A DNA stretch of 64,000 nucleotides from Chiloscyllium plagiosum (Eukaryota). How positions within the stretch are numbered: the stretch's first letter is position 1; the number at the start of each line of letters is the position of its first letter. The notes below the pieces were generated by a model, which made no database searches, was not told where the DNA came from, and was given only the letters and a program-made list of their open reading frames with translations. The position numbers and the translations under genes are program-made. Shown here in pieces: positions 24,211 through 37,800 of this stretch. Where the stretch lies: positions 50,102,892-50,166,891 of the forward strand of contig NC_057728.1 of the NCBI RefSeq assembly GCF_004010195.1, written 5' to 3'.

Positions 24211-24783
24211 TAAATCCATCCTTGTCCCAATCAGTGAATGGAAATATAAGCATGGACAACACGGAGCATCCTGGATCAGTGGATTAAACTGACAGGCCTC
24301 AGGGCTAGCAGATAGTTTTGGATGACTGTTTGGCCATTCCAGCACATCATGTTTAGGATGTAATTGTGTTGGAGGCTGTTCAGAGAAGGTTTACTAGACT
24401 AATTCCTGGAATGAGTGGGAAGGATTGGGCAGGGTAGGCTTGTAGGATGTTAGAGGAGCAAGAAGCGATTTGAATGAAACATGCAAACTCCTGAGGGAGC
24501 TTGAGAACATTGGTGTGGAGAAGTTGCTTCCTCTGATGGGAGAATGTAGAACTATTGGTCATAAGAACATAAAAAATACCAGCTGGAGTCAGTAAATGAG
24601 CCTCTCGAGTCTGCTTTGCCATTTAATACAATCATGGCTGACCCCATCTCAGTCCCAACTCCATAATCCTTCAGCCTGTGTCTAATTAAAAAATCTGTGT
24701 ATCTCCTCCTTAAATTTACTTAAACTCTCGGCCTCCACTGCAGCCTAGGTTAGTCGTGTTGGTCCACACTTACATGATTTGGT

Positions 24784-25109
24784 GGGCGGCACGGTGGCAC
24801 AGTGGTTAGCACTGCTGCCTCGCAGCGCCAGAGACCCGGGTTCAATTCCCGCCTCAGGCGACTGACTGTGTGGAGTTTGCACGTTCTTCCCGTGTCTGCG
24901 TGGGTTTCCTCCGGGTGCTCCGGTTTACTCCCACAGTCCAAAGATGTGCAGGTCAGGTGAATTGGCCATGCTAAATTGCCCGTAGTGTTAGGTAAAGGAG
25001 TAAATGTAGGGGTATGGGTGTGTTACGCTTCGGCGGGGCGGTGTGGACTTGTTGGGCCGAAGGGCCTGTTTCCACACTGTAAGTAATCTAATCTAATCTA
25101 ATCTAATCT
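24784..25109 (+). mobile_element. Young full-length HE1-type V-SINE
   Basis: Intact A/B boxes, retained CpGs, (taatc)n tail; near-identical to 32543-32857 and 62935-63262. Confidence 0.93.
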
Positions 25110-26159
25110 GATCCTTCGAGAGATATAATTCTCCCACAACTCAGTTTGAAATCTGCTACTCCTTAGCTTAAAGCTATGACCTTTCATTCTAGATTGCCCC
25201 ACAGGGAAAATATCCCCTCTATGGCATGGCTGAAACTGGAGCAGTGCCCATTTCATATAGTGATTAGGTAAATTTATCTTCCTTTCAGAGGGTTATGAGT
25301 CTTTGAAACTCTCTTTACATTGAGGCAGTGGAAGCAGAATCTTTGAATTTTTTAAGACGCAGGAGGATAGGTTCCTGTTAAGTAAGAAAGTGAAAGGTTA
25401 TCCAGGGTCAGTGGGAATAGAGATTTGAGCTTACAATCAGATCAGCAGCGAGAGCTGAAGGGACCAAGTAGCCTACTCCGGTCCTTTGTTAGTATAAGTC
25501 AATTTAACTGAAGAGGTGGCCGAGCTTTCTAAACTTTCAAAGTTAATATTAGATTGTCCAGGGGAAATTGCAGATAAATCAGAGATATGACTACAGCAGC
25601 ACCATTTTAAATTAAAACAAGAAGATCTTGTATTTATACCACACCTATTATTGCCTCAGGATGACCAAAGTACTTTAAACCTTTTGAAATATGGCTGCTC
25701 ATACAATCCCTACGGCAGGCCATTTGGATCACTGAGTCTGCACCAATGATGCTCTGAAGAGCATCCTGCCCACCCCATCCCCGCAACCCTGCAGTTGCCA
25801 TGGCCAATCCATCGGACCTGCATATCTTTGGAGTACGCCTAATGCCCTGGCACTTTCCTGGCAGTGTGTAAAATTGCACAGGTATACCCTGTAAATAGAA
25901 AGCAGGACAAAAACAACACAGCCAATTACCACCCCATCCCTCTTACCTAGATCATCAGCAAAGAAATAGATTAGGTCATTGATAGTATTATCAATTGACA
26001 GCAACAACCTGCTCAGTGACCCTCACTTTGGGTTCTGCCAGGTCAACTCAGCTCCTGACATCATACCAGTTTTGGGTTCAAACACGAATGGAAGAACTGA
26101 TCTCCAGAAGTGAGGAGGAAACAATGACCAACCTTGATATCAAAGCTGCATTTGACCAA

Positions 26160-26685
26160 GGCTGGCACAGTGGCTCAGTGGTTAGCACTGCTGCTTCACA
26201 GTGCCAGGGACTCAGGTTCAATTCCACTCTCGGGCAACTGTCTGTGTGGAGTTTGCACATTCTCCCCGTGTCTGCATGGTTTCCTCCGGGTGTTCCAGTT
26301 TCATCCCACAGTACAAAGACGTGCGAGTTAGGTGGATCGCCATGTTAAATTGTCCATAGTGTCCAGGGATGTGCAGGCTAGGTAGATTAGCCATCAGTTG
26401 TTGAAACTTTATTGCTGGAACAGCACAGCAGAGTTTGCACATTCTCCCCGTGTCTGCATGGTTTCCTCCGGGTGTTCCAGTTTCATCCCACAGTACAAAG
26501 ACGTGCGAGTTAGGTGGATCGGCCATGTTAAATTGTCCATAGTGTCCAGGGATGTGCAGGCTAGGTAGATTAGCCATCAGAAATGCACAGTTACAGGGAT
26601 AGCATGGGTCTGGGTGGGACAATCTTAAGAGGGTCAGTGTGGACTCAATGGGCCAAATGGCCTGTTTCTACATTGTAGGAAATCA
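26160..26685 (+). mobile_element. HE1-type SINE with an internal ~150-bp tandem duplication
   Basis: 26249-26398 is repeated at 26431-26580. Confidence 0.85.
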
Positions 26686-27440
26686 GTGATGAAAACTGGA
26701 GTCAATGTGATTCAGAAAGAGCTCAAGTTGTCATACCTGCTACAATGGAAGATGTCTCTGGTTGTTCCAGGTCAATCTTCTGAGCTCTAGGCTGTCTCTG
26801 TATGAATTTCCCAGTGTCCTAGAACCAGCTGCTACATCAATGACCTTTCCCCATCATAAGGCCAAAAGTGGGGATGTTTGAATAACGTTCAGCACGCTTA
26901 CAAGTTACAGCTCTGAGCTTGTATTTTGTGTCCTCCCCAGCTGGCACAGCACTGAACTGGCATCCTACTTACATGGCATTCTGGCACCCTACCCACATGG
27001 CACTCTGCTCACTTGGCAATCTGCCACCTACCCATCTGGCATCTGTCTAGCGCCCTATCCTCTCAGCACCCGAACATCACAAGTACCTTATAGATATTTT
27101 CTAATCGACCTGTTCAGACACATTAGTGCACACCGCTGGGGCCTGGTGGGACTTGGTCCTGGACCTCCTAGCTCAGAAATAGGGATGAACCTCTACATCA
27201 TTTGACAGCAGCTGTCACAGTGACTTTCAGCATCATTAGATTTCACAACGCAGCAGATTGGGAGATAGTTTTTCTACTTCTGACTATGAATGAACTGCCA
27301 GAATGGAAGTACATTTCCACATATCTGAGGAAGTCCTGAGTGGAATTTCCTCTTAAGAAGGGCCGGACGGCGATCTCCAGGAGATTGTCACTCCTCCAGC
27401 CCTCTATTTCACTTGCAAGCCCATCCCATTTCCTTCTGAA
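26540..27440 (+). repeat. Copy A of a local tandem segmental duplication (copy B = ~30815-31450 plus 32036-32330)
   Basis: Near-identical sequence running across several unrelated repeats and unique sequence (e.g. ctggcacagcactga.ctggcatcctacttacatggcattctggcaccc). Confidence 0.9.
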
Positions 27441-29029
27441 TCACCTGTCTCCACACTGTAAGGATTCTATGATGAAAACTGGAGTCAAGAGGAGTTGAAA
27501 TTGTCATACCTGGTACAATGGAAAATGGTTATGGTTGTTCCAGGTCAATCTTCTGAGCTCTACAGTGTCTCTGCAGGGATTTCCCAGCGTCCTAGAACCA
27601 GTTATCTTCAGCTGCTACACCGATGACCTTCTCCATTGTAAGATTAAAAGTGGGGACATTTGCATAATGTTCAGCACTCTCACAAGTTACAGCTCTTAGT
27701 AGGGACCTTACGTGGGAGGAAACCCACACAGACACAGGAAGACCATGTAAACTCCACACAGACAGTTGCTTGAGGCTGGAATTGAACCTGGGTGCCTGAT
27801 GATGTGAGGCAGCAGGGCTAGCCACTGAGCCATCGTGCCACCCCACTGATGCTGTTGTAACACAAGAAATGTAGAAGCTTATTTCCGTACAGCAAGACCT
27901 TACTCACGTCATTTGCTACTGACCAGATCATCTGCCTTTATTCATTATATGATGCATATTCTCCAATTCACCAGGAAGACCTCACCTGCTCTTTAAATAG
28001 CAGTGAGATCTATAATGTCCACCTGAAATGGCAGGCAAGTCCTCAGGTTAGTGTTTCCATTACATATACTAATTTTGGCAGAAAACGTCTTGCATCAATC
28101 CAAGTAAATGTTCCCCAAATGTGGCCATGAATTGAACAAAATCTCTCTCCAAACAGAAATGAAGCATTCAATCAAAAACCACTTACACACTCTGTTGTCT
28201 GTCTCACAATTTTATCAACACAACAGCAAGAAGGTTAAAGTTCACACACATGCCGTGAGAAAATGAGTGCTGGATTTATATGACCAACAACTGTGTCTAG
28301 TTCTCATTTTTTATTTATGAATTGAAAAGGCAATTAGCCTCGTTTGGATTTCCAATTCACCACATGAGGCTAGTATGGAACCTACCCGAAGGCCAATAGT
28401 TTTAATAAATGGTTTTGTTCATTTCTGTGTAGACATTGCAACAAACATGCCTGTGTTTTTCTTGGCCATGTTATAACTGACCTGCAAATGATTTCTTTTG
28501 AGAGCAGTACAATCATGCAATAATTTAAATAACGCAGAAGGAACTTTTAAAAAAAACTACCAAAAATGTCACTAATCTATAGACGACAGAAATCTCTGAA
28601 CAGGAAGAACTCAAGAGTCTAAATATGAAGATAGAAACAGGTTGATGGTAAGTCCATGAGCCTCTTCTGCTGTTCAAACAGATTATGGGTGACCTAATTT
28701 CATATTCGTTCCATATTTTAGAAGGATAGGAGGTGATCTTAATGACATTTATAAGATTCTGAAAGGGACTTGACAGGGTAAATGCTGCAAAGACAATGGC
28801 ACCTGACAGCATTCTAGCAACAGCACTGGTGCTCCAGAACTAACCATGTCTCCAGCCAATCTGTTGCAGTACACCTAATGTTCTGGCAGTGTGTAAAATT
28901 GCACAGGTATGTCCCACATATAGAAAACAGGACAAATACAACACAGTCCCATCAGTCTCACCTTGACCATCAGCAAATAGATAGAGTGGCATCCTTGCAA
29001 GAGGATTCGCCGTAAGGTTAAAATCAACT

Positions 29030-29168
29030 AGGTAAAAGTGAGGACTGCAGATGCTGGAAACCAGAGCTTAGTTCAGAGTGATGCTAGAAAAGCACAGCAG
29101 GTCAGGAAGCATCCAAGGAGCAGGAAAGTCAACGTTTCAGGCAAAAGCCCTTCATCAGGAAACGTCGA
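29030..29168. mobile_element. PLE pLTR arm with hammerhead motif on the minus strand (29131-29158)
   Basis: Reverse complement CTGATGA-A-GGGC-TTTT-GCCT-GAAA-CG-TT. Confidence 0.75.
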
Positions 29169-29239
29169 GTTTGCCCATTCCCCCTATGTCTGCATGGGTT
29201 TCCACTGAGTGCTCCAGTTTCATCCCACAGTCCAAAGAT

Positions 29240-30775
29240 AATAGACAATAGACAATAGGTGTAGGAGTAGGCCATTCAGCCCTTCGAGCCTGCACCGCCA
29301 TTCAATATGATCATGGCTGATCATTCCTAATCAGTATCCTCTTCCTGCCTTATCTCCATAACCCTTAATTCCACTATCTTTGAGAGCTCTATCCAACTCT
29401 TTCTTAAATTAATCCAGAGACTGGGCCTCCACTGCCCCCTGGGGCAGAGCATTCCACANNNNNNNNNNNNNNNNNNNNNNNNNNNNNNNNNNNNNNNNNN
29501 NNNNNNNNNNNNNNNNNNNNNNNNNNNNNNNNNNNNNNNNNNNNNNNNNNNNNNNNNNNNNNNNNNNNNNNNNNNNNNNNNNNNNNNNNNNNNNNNNNNN
29601 NNNNNNNNNNNNNNNNNNNNNNNNNNNNNNNNNNNNNNNNNNNNNNNNNNNNNNNNNNNNNNNNNNNNNNNNNNNNNNNNNNNNNNNNNNNNNNNNNNNN
29701 NNNNNNNNNNNNNNNNNNNNNNNNNNNNNNNNNNNNNNNNNNNNNNNNNNNNNNNNNNNNNNNNNNNNNNNNNNNNNNNNNNNNNNNNNNNNNNNNNNNN
29801 NNNNNNNNNNNNNNNNNNNNNNNNNNNNNNNNNNNNNNNNNNNNNNNNNNNNNNNNNNNNNNNNNNNNNNNNNNNNNNNNNNNNNNNNNNNNNNNNNNNN
29901 NNNNNNNNNNNNNNNNNNNNNNNNNNNNNNNNNNNNNNNNNNNNNNNNNNNNNNNNNNNNNNNNNNNNNNNNNNNNNNNNNNNNNNNNNNNNNNNNNNNN
30001 NNNNNNNNNNNNNNNNNNNNNNNNNNNNNNNNNNNNNNNNNNNNNNNNNNNNNNNNNNNNNNNNNNNNNNNNNNNNNNNNNNNNNNNNNNNNNNNNNNNN
30101 NNNNNNNNNNNNNNNNNNNNNNNNNNNNNNNNNNNNNNNNNNNNNNNNNNNNNNNNNNNNNNNNNNNNNNNNNNNNNNNNNNNNNNNNNNNNNNNNNNNN
30201 NNNNNNNNNNNNNNNNNNNNNNNNNNNNNNNNNNNNNNNNNNNNNNNNNNNNNNNNNNNNNNNNNNNNNNNNNNNNNNNNNNNNNNNNNNNNNNNNNNNN
30301 NNNNNNNNNNNNNNNNNNNNNNNNNNNNNNNNNNNNNNNNNNNNNNNNNNNNNNNNNNNNNNNNNNNNNNNNNNNNNNNNNNNNNNNNNNNNNNNACCCC
30401 GAATCTATCGAACTCTGGAAAATAATCACCAGCGATCCACGATTTCTCGAGCCACCTCCTTCAGTACCCTGGGATTCAGGCCATCAGGCCCCGGAGACTT
30501 ATCAACTTTCAGACCTAACAGTCTCTCCAACACCAATTCCTGGCAAATATAAATTCCCTTAAGTTCAGGTCCTTCAGCCACTGTTACCTCAGGGAGATTG
30601 CTTGTGTCTTCCCCAGTGAACACAGATCTGAAGTACCCATTTAATTCTTCTGCCATTTCTTTGTTTCCCGTAATATATTCCCCTGTTTCTGTCTTCAAGG
30701 GCCCAATTTTAGTCCTAACCATTTTTTTGCCCTGCACATACCTAAAAATGCTTTTACTATCCTCCTTTATATTGT
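29240..30775 (-). mobile_element. Young CR1 LINE insertion spanning gap 29459-30395, inside an HE1 SINE
   Basis: KSIFRYVQGKK..IGPLK..KSPGPDGLNPRVLKEVA ORF2 motifs; tail (aatagac)n at ~29240; SINE halves at 29167-29240 and 30790-30970. Confidence 0.88.
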
Positions 30776-31450
30776 AAAGGTTAGATGTGTAGATGTGTAG
30801 GTTAGGTGGATTGTCCATGCTAAATTGCCCATAGTGTCCAGGGATGTGCAGGCTAGGCAGATTAGCCATCAGAAATGCACTGTTAGGGTGGGTCTGGGTG
30901 GGATGATCTTCAGAGGGTCAGTGTGGACTCAATAGGCCCAATGACCTGTTTCTACACTATAGGGATTCTATGATGATAACTGGAGACAATGTGATTCAAG
31001 AAGAGCTCAAATCATCATACCTGCTACAATGGAAGAAATCTCTGGTTGTTCCAGATCAATCTTCTGAGCTCTAGGCTGTCTCTGCACGAATTTCCCAGTG
31101 TCCTAGAACCAGCTGCTACATCAATGACCTTTCCCCATCATAAGGTCAAATGTGGGGATGTTTGAATAACGTTCAGCACGCTCACAAGTTACAGCTCTGA
31201 GCTGGTACCTTGTGTCCTCCCCAGCTGGCACAGCACTGAGCTGGCATCCTACTTACATGGCATTCTGGCACCCTACCCACATGGCACTCTGCTCACTTGG
31301 CAATCTGCCACCTACCCATCTGGCATCTGTCTAGCGCCCTATCCTCTCAGCACCCGAACATCACAAGTACCTTATAGATATTTTCTAATCAACCTGTTCA
31401 GACACATTAGTGCACACCGCTGGGGCCTGTTGGGACTTGATCCCGGACTT

Positions 31451-32035
31451 GTTAAAATGTTAAACTTGTACACGACGTTGGTTTGGCCACATTTAGAATA
31501 CTGTGTACAGTTCTGGTTGCCACATTACCAAAAGCACGTGGACGTTTTGGAAAGGGTGCAGAGAAGGTTTATGAGGATGTTGCCTAGTATGGAAGGTGCT
31601 AGCTATGAAGAGAGGTTGAGTAGATTAGTTATGTTTTCACTAGAAAAAGGAAGATTGAGGGGGGACCTGTTTGAGGTCTACCAAATCATGAAGGGTATAG
31701 ACAGGGTAGATGGACATAAACTTTTTCCCAGGGTGAAGGATTCAATAATGAGACGTCGCGCTTTCAAGGTGAGAGGTGAAAAGTTTAAGGGGGATACATA
31801 CAGCAAGTACTTTATACAGAGAGTGGTAGGTGCCTGGAACACGTTACCCAACAGAGGTAGTAGAGACACATTTAAGATGTGTCTGGTCAGATGCATGAGT
31901 AGGTGGGGAGCAGAAGGATACAGATGCTTAGGAATTGGGCGACAGGTTTAGACAGTAGATTTGGATCGGCTCAGGCTTGGAGGGCCAAAGGGCCTGTTCC
32001 TGGGCTGTAACTTTTCTTTGTTCTTTGTTCTTTGT
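31451..32035 (+). mobile_element. CR1 LINE 3' fragment inserted in duplication copy B only
   Basis: LYTTLVWPHLEYCVQFWLP..; (ttctttg)n tail; empty site present in copy A at ~27165. Confidence 0.92.
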
Positions 32036-32542
32036 ACTTCCTAGCTCAGAAGTAGGGACATACCACTACATCACAACATCATTTGACAGCAGCTGTCACA
32101 GTGGCTTTCAGCATCTTTAGATTTCACAACGCAGCAGATTGGGAGATGGTTTTCCTACTTCTGACTATGAATGAGCTGACAGAATGGAAGTACGTTTCCA
32201 CATATCTGAGCAAGTCCTGAGTAGAGATTCCTCTTAGAAATGTAAGCAAGAATGGCCAGATGGCAATCTCCAGGAGATTGTCACTCCTCCAGCCCTTTAT
32301 TTCACTTGCAAACCCATCCCATTTCCTTCTGAAGTCATCTCTACTTGCAAATCTTGCGCAGGCCATGGGTTCCACACATTATCACCCACTGGTGGTTTTT
32401 CCTCATATCACTCCTGTATCGCTTGCCTAAAACTTTAAATCTGTGTCCCTTTGCCTTTGTAACAGTGTTTTTTGTCTAGTTTGCTTCGCCTAACATAACC
32501 TTGTGCACCTCTATCTGAACTAATGTGTCTGAACAGGTTTGT

Positions 32543-32857
32543 GGGCGGCACGGTGGCACAGTGGTTAGCACTACTGCTTCACAGCACCGGAGACCCAGGT
32601 TCAATTCCCGCCTCAGGCGACTGACTGTGTGGAGTTTGCACGTTCTCCCCGTGTCTGCGTGGGTTTCCTCCGGGTGCTCCGGTTTCCTCCCACAGTCCAA
32701 AGATGTGCAGGTCAGGTGAATTGGCCATGCTATAATTGCCCGTAGTGTTAGGTAAGGGGTAATTTATGGGTGGGTTTCGCTTCGGCAGGTCGGTGTGGAC
32801 TTGTTGGGCCGAAGGGCCTGTTTCCACACTGTAATGTAATCTAATCTAATCTAATCT
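32543..32857 (+). mobile_element. Young HE1-type V-SINE
   Basis: As 24784-25109. Confidence 0.93.
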
Positions 32858-34099
32858 AAAACTCCTCTCCAACTCCTTTGCTCCTGGGAGAACAACCGCA
32901 ACTTCTCCAGACTAACCTCATCGTTAAAAGCCCTCGTTCCCTGGAACCACTTTGGTAAGAACAGAAAGTGCTGGAGAAACTCAGTAAGTCTGACAGCGTC
33001 TGTCGCATGTTTGGGAGAAGAGTCCTATTGGACTTAAAACATTAATTCTGTTTCTCTCTCCAGCACTTTCTGTTTATATTTCACTTCTCTGGCAGCCACA
33101 TTCCCGTATTATTAATTGACGATTCTGATATATCCCCTGTACATCCTTTCAATGTGTTTCACATCCTTCCTGCAGTGTGATGACCAGAGCTGAACATAAT
33201 ATTCTAGCAGTGACCTAACCAGAGCTTTATAAAGATTCAACATAATTTCCTTTGTTTTGCACTCAATGTCTCAACTATCTTATATACTTTTTAAATCGTT
33301 CACTCGATATGCCATTTACTTTCATACATCTATGTCTGTGAATCGCCAGGTCTTTCTGTCCCTGCACACTCTTAAGGGTTGTCATTAATATATATATTGT
33401 CTCTCCAATCCCTCCTGCCATGATTCAAACTTTTAATATGGTAATGGATCTTCTGTTAATCCTTAGAACACACACACTTACCTGAGCGACATTATTGATC
33501 TAAGCTTTCCGTTCTAATCATGAGAACATTGCTCCATGACATGAATCCATCAATAATATTCTGATCAATAATTAGTCATTTTCCTCATTGAAGACATAAA
33601 TCTAATAGGAGCCATTTTTTCTATAAGAATTGTGAATTGGTGATTTATTAAGGAGCTGAAATCCATATCAGGAGCATGTACTGAACTACAGAAGGAATTT
33701 TCATGTATAAGAAGCTAAAAAATAACTCATCAACTGAACAAATAATTGATTTAAAAATCTTTACCATACAGTTAATAATTCATCATTCATTTCTCGTAGC
33801 CTGAAAGCAAAGAGCTTTAAATAGATGAGGGGTTGTTTTGATGCTTTTCTCAATTAGGCTGCAATTAGAATGTATTAAACATTACAGAAAATAAGATTCT
33901 GGTTGGTAAGACAAATGAAATATTGTTATTATGTTCAGATTTATCGTGTGGTAAATACGAATGATTACTTAAGGAATATATTGAGTAAAAGAAGATGTTC
34001 TTAATATGCCAGATGCCTACTCCCAATACAAACATAGGAACAGGAGAGGGCCATTCACCCCATCAAGCCTGCCCCAATGTTTATTATGAGACCACAAAA

Positions 34100-34268
34100 C
34101 TGGAATCCAAGGTAGACAAGCAGGAGGCTGGAAGAACATAGCAAGCCAGGCAGCATCAGGAGGTGGAGAAGCTGACATTTTGGGAGTAAGTTCTGAAGAT
34201 GGGTTATACCCGAAACGTTGATGTCTCCACCTCCTAATGCTGCCTGACTTGCTGTGTTCTCCCAACAT
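34100..34268. mobile_element. Palindromic mini-PLE (second family) with hammerhead motif at 34193-34219 (+)
   Basis: CTGAAGA-T-GGGT-TAT-ACCC-GAAA-CG-TT; inverted arms aggcagcatcaggaggtggaga / tctccacctcctaatgctgcct. A related arm sits at ~20463-20550. Confidence 0.7.
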
Positions 34269-34723
34269 TTATTAGGACCGTGGTTGATCAAACACTTCAA
34301 TGCCTTTTACTCATCCCAACTCCATAGCCCTTTCTGCCAATCAAGATCAGAAATCCATCTTTTAACATACTCAAAAACTAAGCTTCCAACTCCCCGTGTC
34401 ATAGAGAATTCCAAAGGTTCACAACCCTCTGAGTAAATGGAGTTCTCTTCATCTCATTTCTAAATGGCATCCACCTTGTTTTTAAATATGCTATTAGGTT
34501 CCAGACCTCCCCGCTAACGGAAGCAATTTATCTGCATCTACCCTCTCTATCTCTTTAAGTATTTTGTAGGTTTCAATGAGGTCACCTCTCATTCTTTGAT
34601 ATTCGAGAGAATACAGGCCCATTTTGCCCAATCTCTCTTCATAGGACAGTTCAGTCATTCTGGGAACAATTCTAGTGAACCTTTATTGTATTCCCTCTAT
34701 GGCAATAATATCTTTCCTGAGAT

Positions 34724-34887
34724 AAGTTTAAAATCACTCAACATCAGGTTGTGGTCCAACAGGTTTAATTGGAAGCACTAGCGCTCCAAACGTTAGTGGT
34801 TCCAATTAAACCTGTTGGACTATAACTTGGTGTTGTGTGATGTTTAACTCTGCACACCCCAGTTCAACACCGGCATCTCCAAATCAT
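34724..34887. mobile_element. Palindromic mini-element (third PLE-like family) with TSD tttcctgagata
   Basis: tccaacaggtttaattggaa / ttccaattaaacctgttgga inverted; same family as 61310-61548. Confidence 0.75.
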
Positions 34888-37800
34888 TTCCTGAGATATG
34901 CAGACCAAAATGTCAGACAGTACTCCAGGTAGGGTCGAGCCCAGCTCCTATGTACCTGAAACAAGACCTCACTGCTCCTGTTCTCAAATCATCTTTCAAA
35001 GCAGGTTAATATTCCATTAGCCTCTCTAACAGCTTGGTGCGCCTGTATGTTAGCCTCAATGATTAACATATTGACATGGAGTCTCAGGCCCCTTTGCATT
35101 TCCTCACTTTTCCATCTCTCACTATTTGAAATAATAGTCTGCACATCTGTTTTTCCTCACGTTTTCTCACACTGTATTCAAGCTGCGTATTCTCGCCCAA
35201 TCATGAAGCCTGTCCAAATCCTCTGCAGCGTTTTTACATCTTCCTCACAATGCATGTTTCTGCTCAGCGTCATATCACTTACAAATTTGGAGATTTAAGT
35301 TTGGTCCCCAAGACCACATCATTGCCATATTTTGTAAAGAACTGGGGCCCACATATGTATCCTTTCAGTACCCATCCCCACACCTCAGCCACTGTCTGCC
35401 ATTGTGAGAATTACCCATTTAATACAACTCTCTGTTTTCTTTCTGTTTATCAATCCTTAATCCATGTCAGTGCATTACCTTCTATCCCACGTGCTTTAAT
35501 TTTATTAACACTTCTTGTGCAGATCCTAATCAAAAGCCTGCGGAAAATCAATTCTATGTAGTATCATCAAAAAAATCCAACAACTTTTTCAAGCACAATT
35601 TTTCATTTGCAAATCCATGCCGGCTATGCCCAAAAAGATCATGTTTATCCAAGTGTTTATGTATCATGGCCTTAATAATAGAATGTAACAATTTCCCTAC
35701 CACTGTGTGTGAGGCTGACAGTTCCCTAGTTTCTTCTCTTGCTCCTTTCTTAAACGGTAGGGTAAAACTTGCAAGAATCCAATCTGCAGGAATCATTCCA
35801 GAATGTATGATCACCAATTCATTGACATCTCCATATTCACCTCCTTCAACACTCTGTGATGTTGACTAGCAGGTCCCAGGGATTTAGCAATTTTCAGCTT
35901 CTTTAATTTCTCCAGTATACCTTTCCTTCTATTCCTTATTTCCTTCAATTCCTCATTCTCCATTTTCATTTAGATCTCTAATTCTGCAAGATCTCTGGTA
36001 TCTTCTTCAGTGAAAACACAACGTAGCCATTTAGCTTCTCTGCCAGTTCTGTATTGCCCATTATAATTTCTCCTAATTCTATCTGTAATGGACCAACACT
36101 AATGTGAGCCAAAGCCTTCCGTTTTACGTAACTAAAGAAGCTCTTGCAGTACATTTTTAAATTAGATAGCATCACGTTCTGTTCTTTATTATCTATCAGT
36201 TCATTGGTATTCCTTTGCTTTACATAAAAACTTCCCAATTATCAGATAATATTCCTGATCACTATGTAAGATTTATCCTTTCATCTTATTCAATCCTTAA
36301 CTTCTTCTGTCAGCCAATGGTTGACTGGCATTTTTTGAATTTTTGTGTTTTGTGGGAATATATAGCAACTGTAAGCAGATATAATAATTATTAAAAGACT
36401 GCCCATTTCCTCATACAATCACATTTTTAAATTTTTTTTTCCAAATCCAGCTCAGTCAACTTGGGTTTCACGTTTTTATAATTTCCCTGATTCAAACTGT
36501 ACACGTGTTTCGGATTGAACTGGCCCATTTTCAATCATAATGTAAATTTTTTTCATATTGTGGCCACTCACCCTTTACAACAAGATTATTAATGAGCTCT
36601 TTCTCATTGTATCATTGTAAATCTTAAATAGCCTGTCGCATAGTTGACTCCTCAAAATGCTGCTCTAGAAAACCATCCCGAGCATCCTCCAGATACCCAT
36701 CTTCTAAAACCTGAGTGCTCAGTTGGTTTATCCAGCCCATATGTAGATCAAAGTTACCCATCATAACTGTGCAGTCCATGCTACAAGAATTCTCTCATCT
36801 CCTGATTAACCCTATTCCTCGCATCACCGTGACTATGTGATGGCCTAAAATAACTCCCAATGATACCCGCAGCATCTTGTTGTTCTGAGCTCCATCAAAC
36901 AGATTCTACATGTTGTTCTTCTGATCTGCAGTCCTCTCTTACTGATGTACTGATCCCACAGGGGTCGGTTCGCTCAGTTGGCTGGATGCCTGGATTTCAA
37001 TACAGAGCAGCACTAACAGTGTAGGTTTGAGTCCCACATTAGATAAAGGTTCCTGCCTTCTCAATCTCACCTGAGGTGTGGTGACCATCAAGGCTGACCT
37101 TCCCACAAGTTATCTCTCTGTAATGAAAGAGCTGTCCTCTGGCACTCTGGTGACTTTACCGTGCCAGCACAACTGCACCTCCTTTTCTTTCTTGTCTGTC
37201 CTTCCTAAAAGTCAAATACCCTCAAATCTTCAGTTTCCAGTCCTGGTCACCTGTGTTTCTGTAAAAGCAATTAGATTAGACCTATTTGTGCTTTCAGACC
37301 TTGTTGTGAATGCTTTGTTTGTTCAGGTAGAGTTCTCTTAACTTTGTCTTTTTAATATCACTTTTCTTTCGAAGCATACTCACTGCTCAGCTTTGTCTCT
37401 CCTGTCTTTTGGCCTGCATAGCAGTTTCTCTATTTCCTGTCACCAACCTTATTTCCTTCTGATTTGGGTTATCCCTCAGGTTCCCATTCCCCTGCCAAGC
37501 TCGTTTAACCCAACTCCAACAGCATTAACTCACTCCCTGTCAGAAAATCAGTCACAGCTTGTACAGGCCCCAGCCACCCTGGGACTGGTTCCAACGCCTC
37601 ATCAATCTTATGCCCTCCCTCAGACACCAATTCTCTAGCCACGAATTCAATCGTCCGATCCTCCAGCTATTATGCTTCCATGGCACTGGGATAAATGCTG
37701 AGACTACACTGTTTTTGGGGTACTACTTTTTAAGTTCCTTACCAACTCTCTGGATTCTGCTTTCAGGACATCATCCATTTGCTATTGATGTTGTTGGTGC

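Noticed and set aside
24784..24855. tRNA gene
   Set aside because: It is the tRNA-derived head of a SINE and continues into the core and LINE-like tail.
29404..30429. 341-aa ORF and other long ORFs through N runs (16808-17419, 48503-48739)
   Set aside because: Length is an artefact of assembly gaps.
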